Positions 10,274 to 19,675 of a stretch of DNA of 64,000 bases are shown piece after piece; position 1 is the first letter of the stretch; each line of letters starts with the position of its first letter. A model generated the notes under the pieces. It ran no database searches and was not told where the DNA came from. It saw only the letters and a program-made list of their open reading frames with translations. Both the position numbers and the translations under genes were made by a program. This DNA comes from a virus (lineage: Duplodnaviria > Caudoviricetes), in IMG/VR virus record IMGVR_UViG_3300005683_000068, positions 1 to 64,000 of that record. The stretch is one strand, 5' to 3'.

Positions 10274-10783
10274 TTACCACAGTCCCGGCATACCTGCTGG
10301 ATTACGTTTCACTCCATCGACAGGGTAAGCTCTTGTGCTTTCCTCAAGATCAACTCTAATCGGTGCATCCACTTTCGATACTTCTGGTTTGAAGTTGGTC
10401 ACGGATGGTAAATGATCGAAACTAGGATTCTGCTCTGGTACTTCAAACCTACCAAACTTTATCTCAGCTAATTGTTGCCGATAAGTTTGAACCTCATCAA
10501 TGATTGCCGGAGGTGGTGGATTGCCCCGCCTGGCGATTAGATACCAACAAGCCAAATAAGCATTACACCATTTACACCATGCATTCCCTGACAATTGACT
10601 CAGAATGTACTGCTTGCAAAGACTTTGATTCATCTCAACCGCAGCACGTTCTATAGCCCCTGTAATGTATGCCGTCTGTGCTGGAGATTCTACTCCTGTT
10701 CTGTCATCATCAATACAAGCTAGAATAAAAGGTTCACCAATGATACTAGCAATATCATTTCGATTGCAGTAGGTTGTGGTCAT
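10274..10783 (-). CDS. Head-tail adaptor (Mu gp36/DUF1320-like)
   Basis: YCNRNDI...AIERAAVEMNQSL...LACWYLIARR...YRQQLAEIKFG pattern; downstream of the capsid gene. Confidence 0.65.
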   Translation of the reverse strand: MTTTYCNRNDIASIIGEPFILACIDDDRTGVESPAQTAYITGAIERAAVEMNQSLCKQYILSQLSGNAWCKWCNAYLACWYLIARRGNPPPPAIIDEVQTYRQQLAEIKFGRFEVPEQNPSFDHLPSVTNFKPEVSKVDAPIRVDLEESTRAYPVDGVKRNPAGMPGLW

Positions 10784-11142
10784 TAGGTCTTTCCTACTAC
10801 ATCAACTGTACCATTAGTATTTGGAACAAGTTTGATAAAACCAAACGGATGGATTTTAGTAATATCAAACACATTCCATTTAGATGCAACTACTGTAACC
10901 ACACCATTAGTTCCAATGCTATCAACCAGTACATAGGTTCCAGCAGCAGCATCAGAAGCATACACAGAAAGACTAGTAATGCCGGCTGAAGGCTTGGCTG
11001 CAATAGCCTGATAGTCTCGAATGTCAATCTCATCACAACTGCCAAGGGTTGTATTAACTACGGCACCAAGAACTGTACCGTATCGACGCTTAATTGTCTC
11101 TGCACCAGGAGAATTAACAGGAACTAAAGTAACCACAGCCAT
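10783..11142 (-). CDS. Hypothetical structural protein
   Basis: ORF coupled to its neighbours in the head operon. Confidence 0.55.
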   Translation of the reverse strand: MAVVTLVPVNSPGAETIKRRYGTVLGAVVNTTLGSCDEIDIRDYQAIAAKPSAGITSLSVYASDAAAGTYVLVDSIGTNGVVTVVASKWNVFDITKIHPFGFIKLVPNTNGTVDVVGKT

Positions 11143-11165
11143 TGATTTACTCTTTATTCAAAAAT

Positions 11166-11214
11166 GTGCGAGGGGGAGGCGAGGAGTTGCAAATACAAGC
11201 CTTCCCCCTCGCAC
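11166..11214 (-). terminator. GC-rich hairpin with T-tract (intrinsic terminator/attenuator)
   Basis: GTGCGAGGGGGA / TCCCCCTCGCAC inverted repeat followed by ATTTTT on the minus strand, intergenic after the capsid block. Confidence 0.65.
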
Positions 11215-11230
11215 CAGGCGAACATCCTTC

Positions 11231-11545
11231 TTATTTCTTTTTTGGAGCATTAGAAGGCATAGGGTGCATTACTTTCTTTTCCACTTCGGGCTGGGGAGCA
11301 GGCTGAGGAGTTGGCTTCTCATCCTTTGTTCCCCAATACCCATCAATCTTCTCCATAGTACCACTAGGCATCTCTTTCCTAGCATTACTAAGAAACACAT
11401 CCAAACTATCTGTCTCACTGCCAAGTTCTAAAAGTCTTGTGAGTTTACTTTTTCCTGTTCCGGTCTTGCTCAAATGACTCACCAAATCAGAAACCTCAGG
11501 CATTGTCTTAGACAGATCATATTCCTTCTTCTTCTCCACAGCCAT
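11231..11545 (-). CDS. Hypothetical protein downstream of the major capsid gene
   Basis: Probable start MAVEKKK at 11545 with GAGGAG RBS (ORF track starts at 11644). Confidence 0.6.
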   Translation of the reverse strand: MAVEKKKEYDLSKTMPEVSDLVSHLSKTGTGKSKLTRLLELGSETDSLDVFLSNARKEMPSGTMEKIDGYWGTKDEKPTPQPAPQPEVEKKVMHPMPSNAPKKK

Positions 11546-11643
11546 ACAAAGAACTCCTCTTAAGAAAATAAAAAGCAGGGCCGATAGCTTTGCTACCCTA
11601 GATAGCCGTTTATCGACCCTGCCCTCTCCACCGCTACACCTCA

Positions 11644-12783
11644 TTACGGCACAACATCAGCAGTAGCAATTGCAGCCGGAACGTACAATGCAGGGAATCC
11701 ATTGTGGACCGTACAAAGATTCCATCCAGAAGGATCCCAAGTAGGATAACCATAAGGATAGAAACCGCTACGGAAAGCACGAACCCCCATCGGTCCTTCC
11801 GTCACCACTTCACCACCATTGAGATACTGAACCCACATTTGATTTGGTGAAGGGATGAAAGACACTTGATCATTCCCAATCAAGTGATCCAGTGCATAAG
11901 CACTACCATTCCAAATGTTGAGTTGGTAATCAACAACATGCCACATCAACCACGGAATGGCCCGCAGTTTGAATTCAAACCGACCAGGCCCATCCCGTGT
12001 AATCGTCTCAAACGGCGACTGAGAGGTCCCAGCCTGTGCTTTCACATAGTCATTGTTGAGAACATATTGGATACCAACACTGTTGCAAATGGCATGTTCA
12101 ATGCCCATACCAGTAAGAGCATTCATTGCATCATTGACTGAATAACAATGTGCAGGAATGTTAGTAGTGGTTGTTGCCCATGAAGCACCAATGATGTTAC
12201 CCGCTCCCAACATATTCAACTGGTTCTTGTTTCCAGTAGGAACTTGGAAGTCAATGGTCTCATCACCACCTGTGAATCCTTGGCGAAGTTCATCACCATT
12301 CTGATCGAATGTATAACTGCCACGCAAAAGAGCGGCAGTTTGGAATTCGATCATATTGGCAACCTTCTCAGCCAGAAACCGTTTCTGACGCATGATGTAG
12401 TTTTCACCCATGCTATCAACAACGGTTACAGCCTGCCCGATCTGGCGACGGTTCACCAAATCCTCATCCGTAAGAGGGATTCGTTCTGCACTGCGAGGAA
12501 TAGTAAACCGAACACGTCCAACCTTTTGAGGTTTGGTGTTCATGTTTGCCGCTCCTGGCATACGACCGGATGCCAAATCCTGCGTCCGGTTAAAAACATC
12601 ATAAGACCCTTCACGCAACGGGTAATCAATCATATTACCCGATTGATTTGCAGGATCGCGAGCAGTCATTCCCCAACCGAACAGGTCAGCTAGAACCGTG
12701 CCCGGAAGTTGAATGCGGGTTACTTCTCGAAGGATTACTTCAGGAGCGAGAATCTCCTGCACACTACGACCGGCCATAATCAA
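11644..12783 (-). CDS. Major capsid protein (HK97 fold, lambda gpE-like)
   Basis: 379 aa; gpE-like pattern (YDVFNRTQDLASGR, IEFQTAALLRG, IDFQVP, SGFYPY, FPALYVPAAIATADV); follows protease and decoration genes. Confidence 0.8.
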   Translation of the reverse strand: MIMAGRSVQEILAPEVILREVTRIQLPGTVLADLFGWGMTARDPANQSGNMIDYPLREGSYDVFNRTQDLASGRMPGAANMNTKPQKVGRVRFTIPRSAERIPLTDEDLVNRRQIGQAVTVVDSMGENYIMRQKRFLAEKVANMIEFQTAALLRGSYTFDQNGDELRQGFTGGDETIDFQVPTGNKNQLNMLGAGNIIGASWATTTTNIPAHCYSVNDAMNALTGMGIEHAICNSVGIQYVLNNDYVKAQAGTSQSPFETITRDGPGRFEFKLRAIPWLMWHVVDYQLNIWNGSAYALDHLIGNDQVSFIPSPNQMWVQYLNGGEVVTEGPMGVRAFRSGFYPYGYPTWDPSGWNLCTVHNGFPALYVPAAIATADVVP

Positions 12784-12812
12784 GCTCTCCTATTCAAATT
12801 GATATTCAAAGA

Positions 12813-13601
12813 CTAAGCAACGGTCATTGTAGTACCACCAAGGTTCTCAACGATCCATCGCAAGGTCCCGGCAGTATCAATGTAAACACACGTAACACGA
12901 CACCTACTCCCAATCTTCTGAGATGCAGTGCTATAAGTTACAGTGTCAGCACCAGCATCACCAAAAGCAATAATATCGTCAGCCGAACCAGCAGACGAAA
13001 TTACCATGTTATTATCCGTCGTTTGTAGAAACTCAAACGACAATCCATTTGCCTTAGTGGGCAATGTAAATGTTGCCGCACCAGTAGCAATGAACAAGTC
13101 TCCATCGTCAGCAGCAACCACTGTGTAGTTAGTTGATTTGATCTGACGCTTACGATGCCTGACCAAAAACAAACTGCCGTGTGGCTCGGCCTGCATCAAG
13201 TGAAAACCCGTCCTGAGCAGAACTGCAAGGGCTTGGTTATCAGAACCAACAAGATCAGCGGTGTTCTGAATCAAACCCCCCTTCAAGATACTCTTAACCT
13301 TATCAGCAGCAACACCATACCGATCAAGCATGGTAGTGCCTTGTTCCAGAAAACCAACAGGGACCTGAGTTCCATCGTCAGCATCAGGATCATATGCATA
13401 ATCCAATCCATCAGAAGCCTTGCGTCCAAGCAAGAAACCACCACGCAAGGTAGTGGTAGGAGTATTACCAGAATCAACCGTAGTTGACTTGATATGAATT
13501 TTCTGAGTAAACCGCTGATGTTGATTGTCAGGACCGGAACCCCAAAGTTGGTATTCCTCAGTCTCTTTGATAGTATCAAATCCCGGAGTCTGGTCTGGCA
13601 T
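12813..13601 (-). CDS. Head decoration protein with extra C-terminal beta domain
   Basis: TLRGGFLLGR...YDPDADDGTQVPVGFL resembles gpD-like decoration proteins; second domain STNYTVVAADDG...FTLP. Confidence 0.65.
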   Translation of the reverse strand: MPDQTPGFDTIKETEEYQLWGSGPDNQHQRFTQKIHIKSTTVDSGNTPTTTLRGGFLLGRKASDGLDYAYDPDADDGTQVPVGFLEQGTTMLDRYGVAADKVKSILKGGLIQNTADLVGSDNQALAVLLRTGFHLMQAEPHGSLFLVRHRKRQIKSTNYTVVAADDGDLFIATGAATFTLPTKANGLSFEFLQTTDNNMVISSAGSADDIIAFGDAGADTVTYSTASQKIGSRCRVTCVYIDTAGTLRWIVENLGGTTMTVA

Positions 13602-13652
13602 GGTTCGGCTCCCTTTCTATTGTGAGTACGCTTGCCAGCGATTAAAACGAAA

Positions 13653-16112
13653 CTAACGACGCATGGTAGTCGGCGGAGGCAGTTGCATACTGCCCCTAGG
13701 ATTCACAAGTCCAATTGGACTATGTTTCACAAGTTCTTCTGCCCTAGCAGGATCAACGTGCATTGCTCCTAGCAATTGTCCATCGGGTGTTGTTTCAAAG
13801 AATTGTGTTGAATTTGCTTCCTCACGATATACAGCATTCCCATAAGCATCAGTGCCTACTTTAATCTGACCCTTTGGTGATTCTGCTTCTTTTACATCCT
13901 CTACCTCAAACTGGAGTGAAGGAGGCAAACTAGATGCCAACATCTCTGCAACCTCAACACCTGAGAAGGATGGTTTTTCCTTACCTTCAGAAAACTGGAC
14001 ACAGTTATCACTTGATTGATAGGAAGCAAGCAACCTATTCTTTAGTGTGGGTGGAATTTTGGCTGCATTGATTTTTGAAACAGCCTCATTTCTTGCCGTC
14101 TCATTACGGAGGTTTTCTTTCTCCTCCTCATATTGCTGAGCCTTTAGTTCAGCTTGCTTACGTTTTTCCCTCTCCTGCTGCAATTGTTCTTGCTCACGCA
14201 AGATTGCTTGTCTAACTCTAACCGGCAACGCGGCCAGGTCCTCTTCAGAGAATGGCATGGGAGCATCAGTGACATTTGCTTTGTTGTCTTCATCGTCAGG
14301 CTCCGCCTCTGCTTCAGCTTCCATTTCAGCCTTAATGCTAGAGTTAATAGCAGCAAGCAGAACATCAATACTGTGTTCATCATCAAAACAGAAATCACTA
14401 GGAAGAACAATACCTTTCTGGTTAAGACCAGCAAGCACAGCAGACAACTTGCTCTTGTCTGTTGCCTTAGGAGGCATGTCCGGATTGGTGTTCACATCCG
14501 GCTGCATTGTCTCAGGAGGTGTTGAGGATTCTGATTCGGCTGATTCCTCAGTATCCAAATCCTCAGCCTTCTTCTTCTTGGTCTGTTCATCCATTGGATT
14601 GTTGTCCTTTGGATCTTCCGCGTGCTGAGATTGCTTGTTCACTTTGCCTCCCATTTTCTTGTAAACGGATGTTACGACAGCCCAATACTTCCTGTTACCC
14701 TCGCCGCCGTATCTGTTGCCGATCACCTTCTTGGCTTTGGACCAGATTCCTTCGTCCTCTACCCAAGGGGCAGGATTACCAGTGGAACCAAATGGTTCCT
14801 TCATCATGTGCTGGCCACCATGTTGTTTATGGAACATGGCTTCTTCACCTAGTTCATTATCTTCATCTGTCAGTCCAGCTTCAATCTTAGCTAGGACTTT
14901 ATTGTGTTCTTGGACTGTGAGGTTGTCCCAATCAATACTTTCATCTTCCCCACTGGGATTGGTAACACCTGGCTTGTGAGCATCTACACTGAGGGAATTC
15001 TTATAGTGCTCATCAGGAGGCATGGTAGAAGGCGGTGTTACGTTATCCATATCCTCACCGTGTTGGGACGCTAAGGACCTCAAGTGGTTGTGAAGATCGG
15101 TATGTCCTTGACCTTCTTTAACCAGCTTGCCTCCATTGTAGTGATTCCAAGAGCCGTTGGAATAATGCTCTATCAAGCCATGCTTACCATGAGAAAAACT
15201 CCTCATGGTATCGGCTTTGCCCGTCCCCAATTGCTTAGAGGACATCTTAAATCCGTGCTTCTGAAGCAGCTTATGTCCAGTGTTACCTTCTTCATAGAAC
15301 TGCTCAGAATCATCCATATCCTCACCGTGTTGGGAATCTTCCGCTGTATGGTAATGAGCATTTTTGCAAAGATGATCGCCAGTACAAGTAATGTTTCTGG
15401 CACTCTCACTATTGAACTTACCATGCAATTTCCCACGGTAAGTTGTCTGTTCTTTAGAATATCGTTTTGGAATAATGCTGGAAAATGTTGCTGATTTGCC
15501 AGCGTGTTCCCCACTATGGAACTTCACATGGAATGTTCCATAGTGATCTTTGTTAGCAACTGGTTTACCAACCTCATTGAATTGCTCAGCATCCAATGGT
15601 TCACATTCACCCTCAGTGAACTGCCAGCAATCCTCGCTCAGGGCAAGGGTTTCAATCTCGCCCTGGTGAGGATTACCCGGCAACGGAGTAAACGCGAAAT
15701 GACGGATGACTGGTCCTTCATACACACCAGCCTTCTCACAGACATAGTGTGGACGGAACTCAGGACTGGTAAATCTTAGAGTACCAGCTTCCTTAGCTTT
15801 CAATACCGCTTCTGGAACATCTTTTGCTTCCCAAGCGATAGCTCCATCCTCAATTGCTACACTAGTAATCCAGCCGGCTCCCTTTCCATCAGCAGAAGCA
15901 AACTGCTCAGTTTCATCATCACTTGCATTGATAGGAGCGTGCTTCAAAAGCAATGGAATAGGGACACCGGCCTTGATTGCTTTGTTCGTTCCTTCAACAA
16001 AGGAACGCAATTTTTCCAAGGAGAGTCGATGCCCACGATAGACACCAGGGCCAAAAGCTGATTTTTGTTTAAGGATTGCCATGTGATTATTATATGTCCA
16101 ATGGTTTAACAA
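13653..16112 (-). CDS. Prohead protease (Mu gpI-like)-scaffold polyprotein with inserted modules
   Basis: N-term GPGVY, PLLLKH, GWI, FTSPEF, HFAFTPLP; C-term coiled-coil scaffold; eight Q[FHY]xE motifs. Confidence 0.75.
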   Translation of the reverse strand: MLNHWTYNNHMAILKQKSAFGPGVYRGHRLSLEKLRSFVEGTNKAIKAGVPIPLLLKHAPINASDDETEQFASADGKGAGWITSVAIEDGAIAWEAKDVPEAVLKAKEAGTLRFTSPEFRPHYVCEKAGVYEGPVIRHFAFTPLPGNPHQGEIETLALSEDCWQFTEGECEPLDAEQFNEVGKPVANKDHYGTFHVKFHSGEHAGKSATFSSIIPKRYSKEQTTYRGKLHGKFNSESARNITCTGDHLCKNAHYHTAEDSQHGEDMDDSEQFYEEGNTGHKLLQKHGFKMSSKQLGTGKADTMRSFSHGKHGLIEHYSNGSWNHYNGGKLVKEGQGHTDLHNHLRSLASQHGEDMDNVTPPSTMPPDEHYKNSLSVDAHKPGVTNPSGEDESIDWDNLTVQEHNKVLAKIEAGLTDEDNELGEEAMFHKQHGGQHMMKEPFGSTGNPAPWVEDEGIWSKAKKVIGNRYGGEGNRKYWAVVTSVYKKMGGKVNKQSQHAEDPKDNNPMDEQTKKKKAEDLDTEESAESESSTPPETMQPDVNTNPDMPPKATDKSKLSAVLAGLNQKGIVLPSDFCFDDEHSIDVLLAAINSSIKAEMEAEAEAEPDDEDNKANVTDAPMPFSEEDLAALPVRVRQAILREQEQLQQEREKRKQAELKAQQYEEEKENLRNETARNEAVSKINAAKIPPTLKNRLLASYQSSDNCVQFSEGKEKPSFSGVEVAEMLASSLPPSLQFEVEDVKEAESPKGQIKVGTDAYGNAVYREEANSTQFFETTPDGQLLGAMHVDPARAEELVKHSPIGLVNPRGSMQLPPPTTMRR
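15045..15335. repeat. 24-bp exact direct repeat (15045-15068 and 15312-15335) encoding SQHGEDMD
   Basis: atccatatcctcaccgtgttggga occurs twice, 267 bp apart. Confidence 0.9.
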
Positions 16113-16125
16113 AAGACGTTAAAGT

Positions 16126-16446
16126 TCACCATTGCAAATCTTGGGTTGCTATTCGCAAAACATCATCAAGACTTGCTTTTGATAGCTTTGTAAATGAATC
16201 CAACCCAGAGCGTTTCAAACATTCCATTGCAATCTCTGCATCCTTAAATCGAGCAAATCTCAAATCAATAATCGAATGCCATTGATGACTTGTTCTGGTG
16301 TTTCGTTTGAAATGGGCTTCTATGTAATAACCAGGACCATTAGATTTCACAATTTTGATGCCGTGTTTTTTATCAACTTTCTCATGGTACTTTACTCGCA
16401 GCATCTTCTTCTCCTTGCGGCTTCCTAATCCCTTTACGAATCTCAT
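16126..16446 (-). CDS. Hypothetical protein
   Basis: ORF in operon; start may be the internal MLRVKY. Confidence 0.55.
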   Translation of the reverse strand: MRFVKGLGSRKEKKMLRVKYHEKVDKKHGIKIVKSNGPGYYIEAHFKRNTRTSHQWHSIIDLRFARFKDAEIAMECLKRSGLDSFTKLSKASLDDVLRIATQDLQW

Positions 16447-16714
16447 CTACTTGATCCGTAATCCTAAAATTGTATTGGATTATATGATTCTGATTCTCCA
16501 ATATCTTTGATTGTCTATCAATCACAAGCCACATCCCAATACAAACTAGGAGAATAATAATGATGAGGAATATACCCAACATCACTATGATTAGATGCAC
16601 AAAGTAAGCAAGCCAATCAGACACTTTGTACTGCCTGAAATAATTGAGAAACTTGTCTTCTTCAAGAATCGCTTCCGTCATCACTATCGGTTCGTCTTTC
16701 ATTTTGACCACCAA
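16382..16714 (-). CDS. Membrane protein (possible lysis component)
   Basis: One long hydrophobic helix (WLAYFVHLIIVMLGIFLIIIILLVCIGMWLVI) followed by a coiled segment. Confidence 0.6.
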   Translation of the reverse strand: MVVKMKDEPIVMTEAILEEDKFLNYFRQYKVSDWLAYFVHLIIVMLGIFLIIIILLVCIGMWLVIDRQSKILENQNHIIQYNFRITDQVDEIRKGIRKPQGEEDAASKVP

Positions 16715-17105
16715 AGATTGTTGTAGCTGCTTTGATATTCAACAATACCTCCTCTTTTACTCCGAGTCTTTTTCGTGTCTCTATATCAGTAAGATGCAGC
16801 TCAACAGCCCTTAAGGCATACGCTGTTCCAGTCCTAGCTCTCCTTGTATCAGAATGCAGTCTCTGCAAAGACTCATTAAGTGTGTCCAGTAGCTTTCCTT
16901 CATTCTCAAGGTATTTACATACCTTGTCATGGCTATCTATACTTTTTTGAAACCAAACAGGTATCCACTTCTTAAACAAACTCACCAAAACAAAAGCGAC
17001 CCAAATCCACAACAGTAAAAAAGAGGTAAGAAATACAACGGCTATTCCATAGCTCGCTGTGAATTGAAGAATCCTGTCTAACGAATCTATAGGCACGTCT
17101 TGCAC
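16662..17105 (-). CDS. Membrane protein (holin-like)
   Basis: N-terminal TM segment (YGIAVVFLTSFLLLWIWVAFVLVSLF). Confidence 0.55.
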   Translation of the reverse strand: MQDVPIDSLDRILQFTASYGIAVVFLTSFLLLWIWVAFVLVSLFKKWIPVWFQKSIDSHDKVCKYLENEGKLLDTLNESLQRLHSDTRRARTGTAYALRAVELHLTDIETRKRLGVKEEVLLNIKAATTIFGGQNERRTDSDDGSDS

Positions 17106-17118
17106 GATTTTATCCTAT

Positions 17119-17412
17119 CTAAGGGGACCTATCAGCAACCGCAGGAAACTTACGCTGGTCATCTCTAATAGCTTTCAGCAAATCAGTCTGCTTTGACTGC
17201 TCTTGTGTTTGTTTGGTTACATCAAAGGCAATGGATTTCATTACCTCTTGCTCTGCCTCTAGGAATTTAATGTGCTGAGTCACCAAAGGTGAGAAGATAT
17301 GATCGGCTGTCCAGCTTCCAGTCTTGTAAATAGCCAGACACAAAATCAAAACAAACATCGTAGGAATGCCTAGCTTCTCAGCAACCCATTTCCAATTCTC
17401 TGCACTAAACAT
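17119..17412 (-). CDS. Membrane protein (holin-like)
   Basis: AEKLGIPTMFVLILCLAIY TM segment plus soluble helix. Confidence 0.55.
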   Translation of the reverse strand: MFSAENWKWVAEKLGIPTMFVLILCLAIYKTGSWTADHIFSPLVTQHIKFLEAEQEVMKSIAFDVTKQTQEQSKQTDLLKAIRDDQRKFPAVADRSP

Positions 17413-17435
17413 AAAAAGGACCCTTGTGTAAAGAA

Positions 17436-17485
17436 CTCCTAGACTACGCCACAGAGCGAAGAATCCGTTAAACGTAGTCTAGGAG
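17436..17485 (-). terminator. 13-bp inverted repeat hairpin (terminator or processing stem)
   Basis: ctcctagactacg (17436-48) / cgtagtctaggag (17473-85), followed by TTCTTT on the minus strand; intergenic. Confidence 0.55.
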
Positions 17486-17500
17486 GGCATTCAAAACGAT

Positions 17501-17851
17501 TTAATCATCCTTTCGGTATTTCCTTTGTTTCCTACGGACAAACATCAAAGCAGCATCCTCAACCGAATTAGGATTATAGGCTTTGAAGTCTCCGCTATGT
17601 CCTATGTTTAGATGACAGTTGCGACTAGGATACTCGCATAGTGTTTGGAAGTTGGTTTCATCTAGTTCCAATTCGGGAAATAGGTGAAACGGCTTTTTGT
17701 GATGAACCCTTACGTACCTCTTATCCGTTTCGCCGCAAGCCTCGCAAGCCGGGTGAAGAACAAGGTATCGGTTTCTAGCTTCCTCCCAATCGGGGGAACG
17801 ACCTTCCAGATTGGGATAGACAAACCAAGTAAATAACCTAAGTAAGTTCAT
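17501..17851 (-). CDS. HNH endonuclease
   Basis: CEACG...VHHKKP...NFQTLC...CHLNIGH. Confidence 0.85.
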   Translation of the reverse strand: MNLLRLFTWFVYPNLEGRSPDWEEARNRYLVLHPACEACGETDKRYVRVHHKKPFHLFPELELDETNFQTLCEYPSRNCHLNIGHSGDFKAYNPNSVEDAALMFVRRKQRKYRKDD

Positions 17852-18065
17852 CGCAATGACACCAATCGGTAGCCAGCATATCTGTCTGGCTTGCTAACCA
17901 CGGGACTAGATCGCCCTGAGCGGTTTTCATGTAGATATACGGTAGCGTCATCTTGGAATGGGAGTCCGGTATTTGTAGCTCCAAGTACATACCCTTTCCA
18001 TTCCATCCGGTACGCCAGACCCTACCCCCTCTCTTCAAATGCTCTAGGGCTTGACCAAAGTTCAT
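17838..18065 (-). CDS. DUF2829 family protein (Tad2-like anti-Thoeris/CBASS sponge candidate)
   Basis: [28 protein letters not shown]...[16 protein letters not shown]; true start at 18065, immediately after the upstream TAA. Confidence 0.8.
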   Translation of the reverse strand: MNFGQALEHLKRGGRVWRTGWNGKGMYLELQIPDSHSKMTLPYIYMKTAQGDLVPWLASQTDMLATDWCHCDELT

Positions 18066-18066
18066 C

Positions 18067-18405
18067 TTAGCGTCTCCTATTTCTGGGAAGGATCGCAAAC
18101 CGGCGTCCTCCACGAAACACCCCGCTACGATACTGCTGAGGAGCTTGAGCCGGCATTGCACAACTACCACTCGAACATCCTCCTTGAAAGGTTGTAGAAA
18201 CGAACTGCGGGGATTCCTCAGCAGTCTTAACCGGTTCCTCCTTAACTGGTTCGGGCTTCGCTATAGGCAATGTCTGTTCTATCTCCGGTACTGGCGTAAG
18301 TATCGGAGTTGAAGGAGAGGCTACCGCCTTCGGTTCCAGCGTAGTATCGCTTAGTACAAGCAAGCCCAAAGCAATCGGAATACAATACAGCATGTCTTTT
18401 ATCAT
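18067..18405 (-). CDS. Secreted/membrane-anchored low-complexity protein
   Basis: Signal-like N-terminus, P/E-rich linker, GGCSSGSC motif, Arg-rich tail. Confidence 0.6.
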   Translation of the reverse strand: MIKDMLYCIPIALGLLVLSDTTLEPKAVASPSTPILTPVPEIEQTLPIAKPEPVKEEPVKTAEESPQFVSTTFQGGCSSGSCAMPAQAPQQYRSGVFRGGRRFAILPRNRRR

Positions 18406-18414
18406 GACCCACTC

Positions 18415-19245
18415 CTAGATAGACACTGAGTATGCCGTCATTTGCATTAGAGCAAAGCCACTAGACGGCGTGTAGCGGCCTTCCCTACCTACGGCGAACC
18501 CTCCAAATCCTAGTTCGTTTTTAGCCCCCCAACCATCTGACCAAGAATTACGAAGTCTAGGTCCGAATGAGTTTGCTTCAATCTCTACCGGATCAGCAAG
18601 ATAAACTACGTGACGCCACCAGTTGTAGGCTACCGGACACGGAAAGCCTAGTAGCAACATAGTGAAGAATTCATCGAAGTCTCCTAAGTCAACCCACTTC
18701 GTACACTTATAATTCTCGGCATCCTGTCGGTTAGCGTCATTGTCATACTGACGATTGAGGGAATTCTCTGGCCACTTATCAACTGTCGTAGCCCCGCGAG
18801 ACCGCAAGACTTCTAAGGCTTCTCCTTCCCAACCGCCTCTAGACCTAAATCCAGAAGCAATACAACCTACACTGGCTGCGGATAGTTGCTTGAACGGATG
18901 CCCTTGCTTACGTCGGAAGTTAGCCGCCGCTTGGGTAGGCCCAAAGCACCAACAGTAAGGTAATCCATTCTGGTCATACGCTTTGAAATCGCAGTAATCA
19001 GAGCAGCGGGCTTTCTTCTCCTCTAGCTCTTTAATACGTGCGGACCATTCATGTCGGGGTATCTTTTTAATTCCCGACTGGGCAAATGAAATAGCATAGC
19101 CCGTAGTTACGGCATCAATAGGTCTCGGAATAGCCGAGAGCAATCTACCCTCACCACCGGCTATTACTTGATTACCGTCACCGATCAGACTCTTGTAGTT
19201 TGAGTCATCCCAAACCACTTCGCCTCGGTAGAGTTGACTTGGCAT
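18415..19245 (-). CDS. Papain-like (C1) cysteine peptidase
   Basis: DQNGLPYCW (Q...CW), HVV, RNSW catalytic pattern. Confidence 0.8.
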   Translation of the reverse strand: MPSQLYRGEVVWDDSNYKSLIGDGNQVIAGGEGRLLSAIPRPIDAVTTGYAISFAQSGIKKIPRHEWSARIKELEEKKARCSDYCDFKAYDQNGLPYCWCFGPTQAAANFRRKQGHPFKQLSAASVGCIASGFRSRGGWEGEALEVLRSRGATTVDKWPENSLNRQYDNDANRQDAENYKCTKWVDLGDFDEFFTMLLLGFPCPVAYNWWRHVVYLADPVEIEANSFGPRLRNSWSDGWGAKNELGFGGFAVGREGRYTPSSGFALMQMTAYSVSI

Positions 19246-19246
19246 A

Positions 19247-19675
19247 TCACTTTCCTAGGGGCTTAAGAACTTTTAGAGTTTCGACAGTGTCTTTTGGAAG
19301 GGGTTGAACTACGCCCCTGGTAGGATTAGCCGCTGCCAAGATAGGCGGTTGGACATTCTTATCCTTAGCTACTTGCCAAGCATCCTGTACCCATTGTAAA
19401 TCGCGGGTAGGCTTCTCGCTATTATCAAGGACTCTCATTTCCCCGCTTTGGGATTTTACCCAATCACGTACAGACCCCGGAGCAGAAGCATCAAGAATAG
19501 TCAACTGTTCCTTAGTTAGCTGTTCCCTACGCAATACGTCTTCAAAGATAGCTACACTCAGCTTATCCGTTTTGAAAGGGGCCGTAATCGGAAAGGGAAT
19601 TGGACCTTTACCGACTAGTAGGAACAGACCGCCGCCTACTAGTAGTAACCAAAAGAAGGGAAATGATCGTTTCAC
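19247..19675 (-). CDS. Exported/membrane-anchored protein
   Basis: N-terminal hydrophobic signal followed by a soluble domain. Confidence 0.55.
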   Translation of the reverse strand: MKRSFPFFWLLLVGGGLFLLVGKGPIPFPITAPFKTDKLSVAIFEDVLRREQLTKEQLTILDASAPGSVRDWVKSQSGEMRVLDNSEKPTRDLQWVQDAWQVAKDKNVQPPILAAANPTRGVVQPLPKDTVETLKVLKPLGK

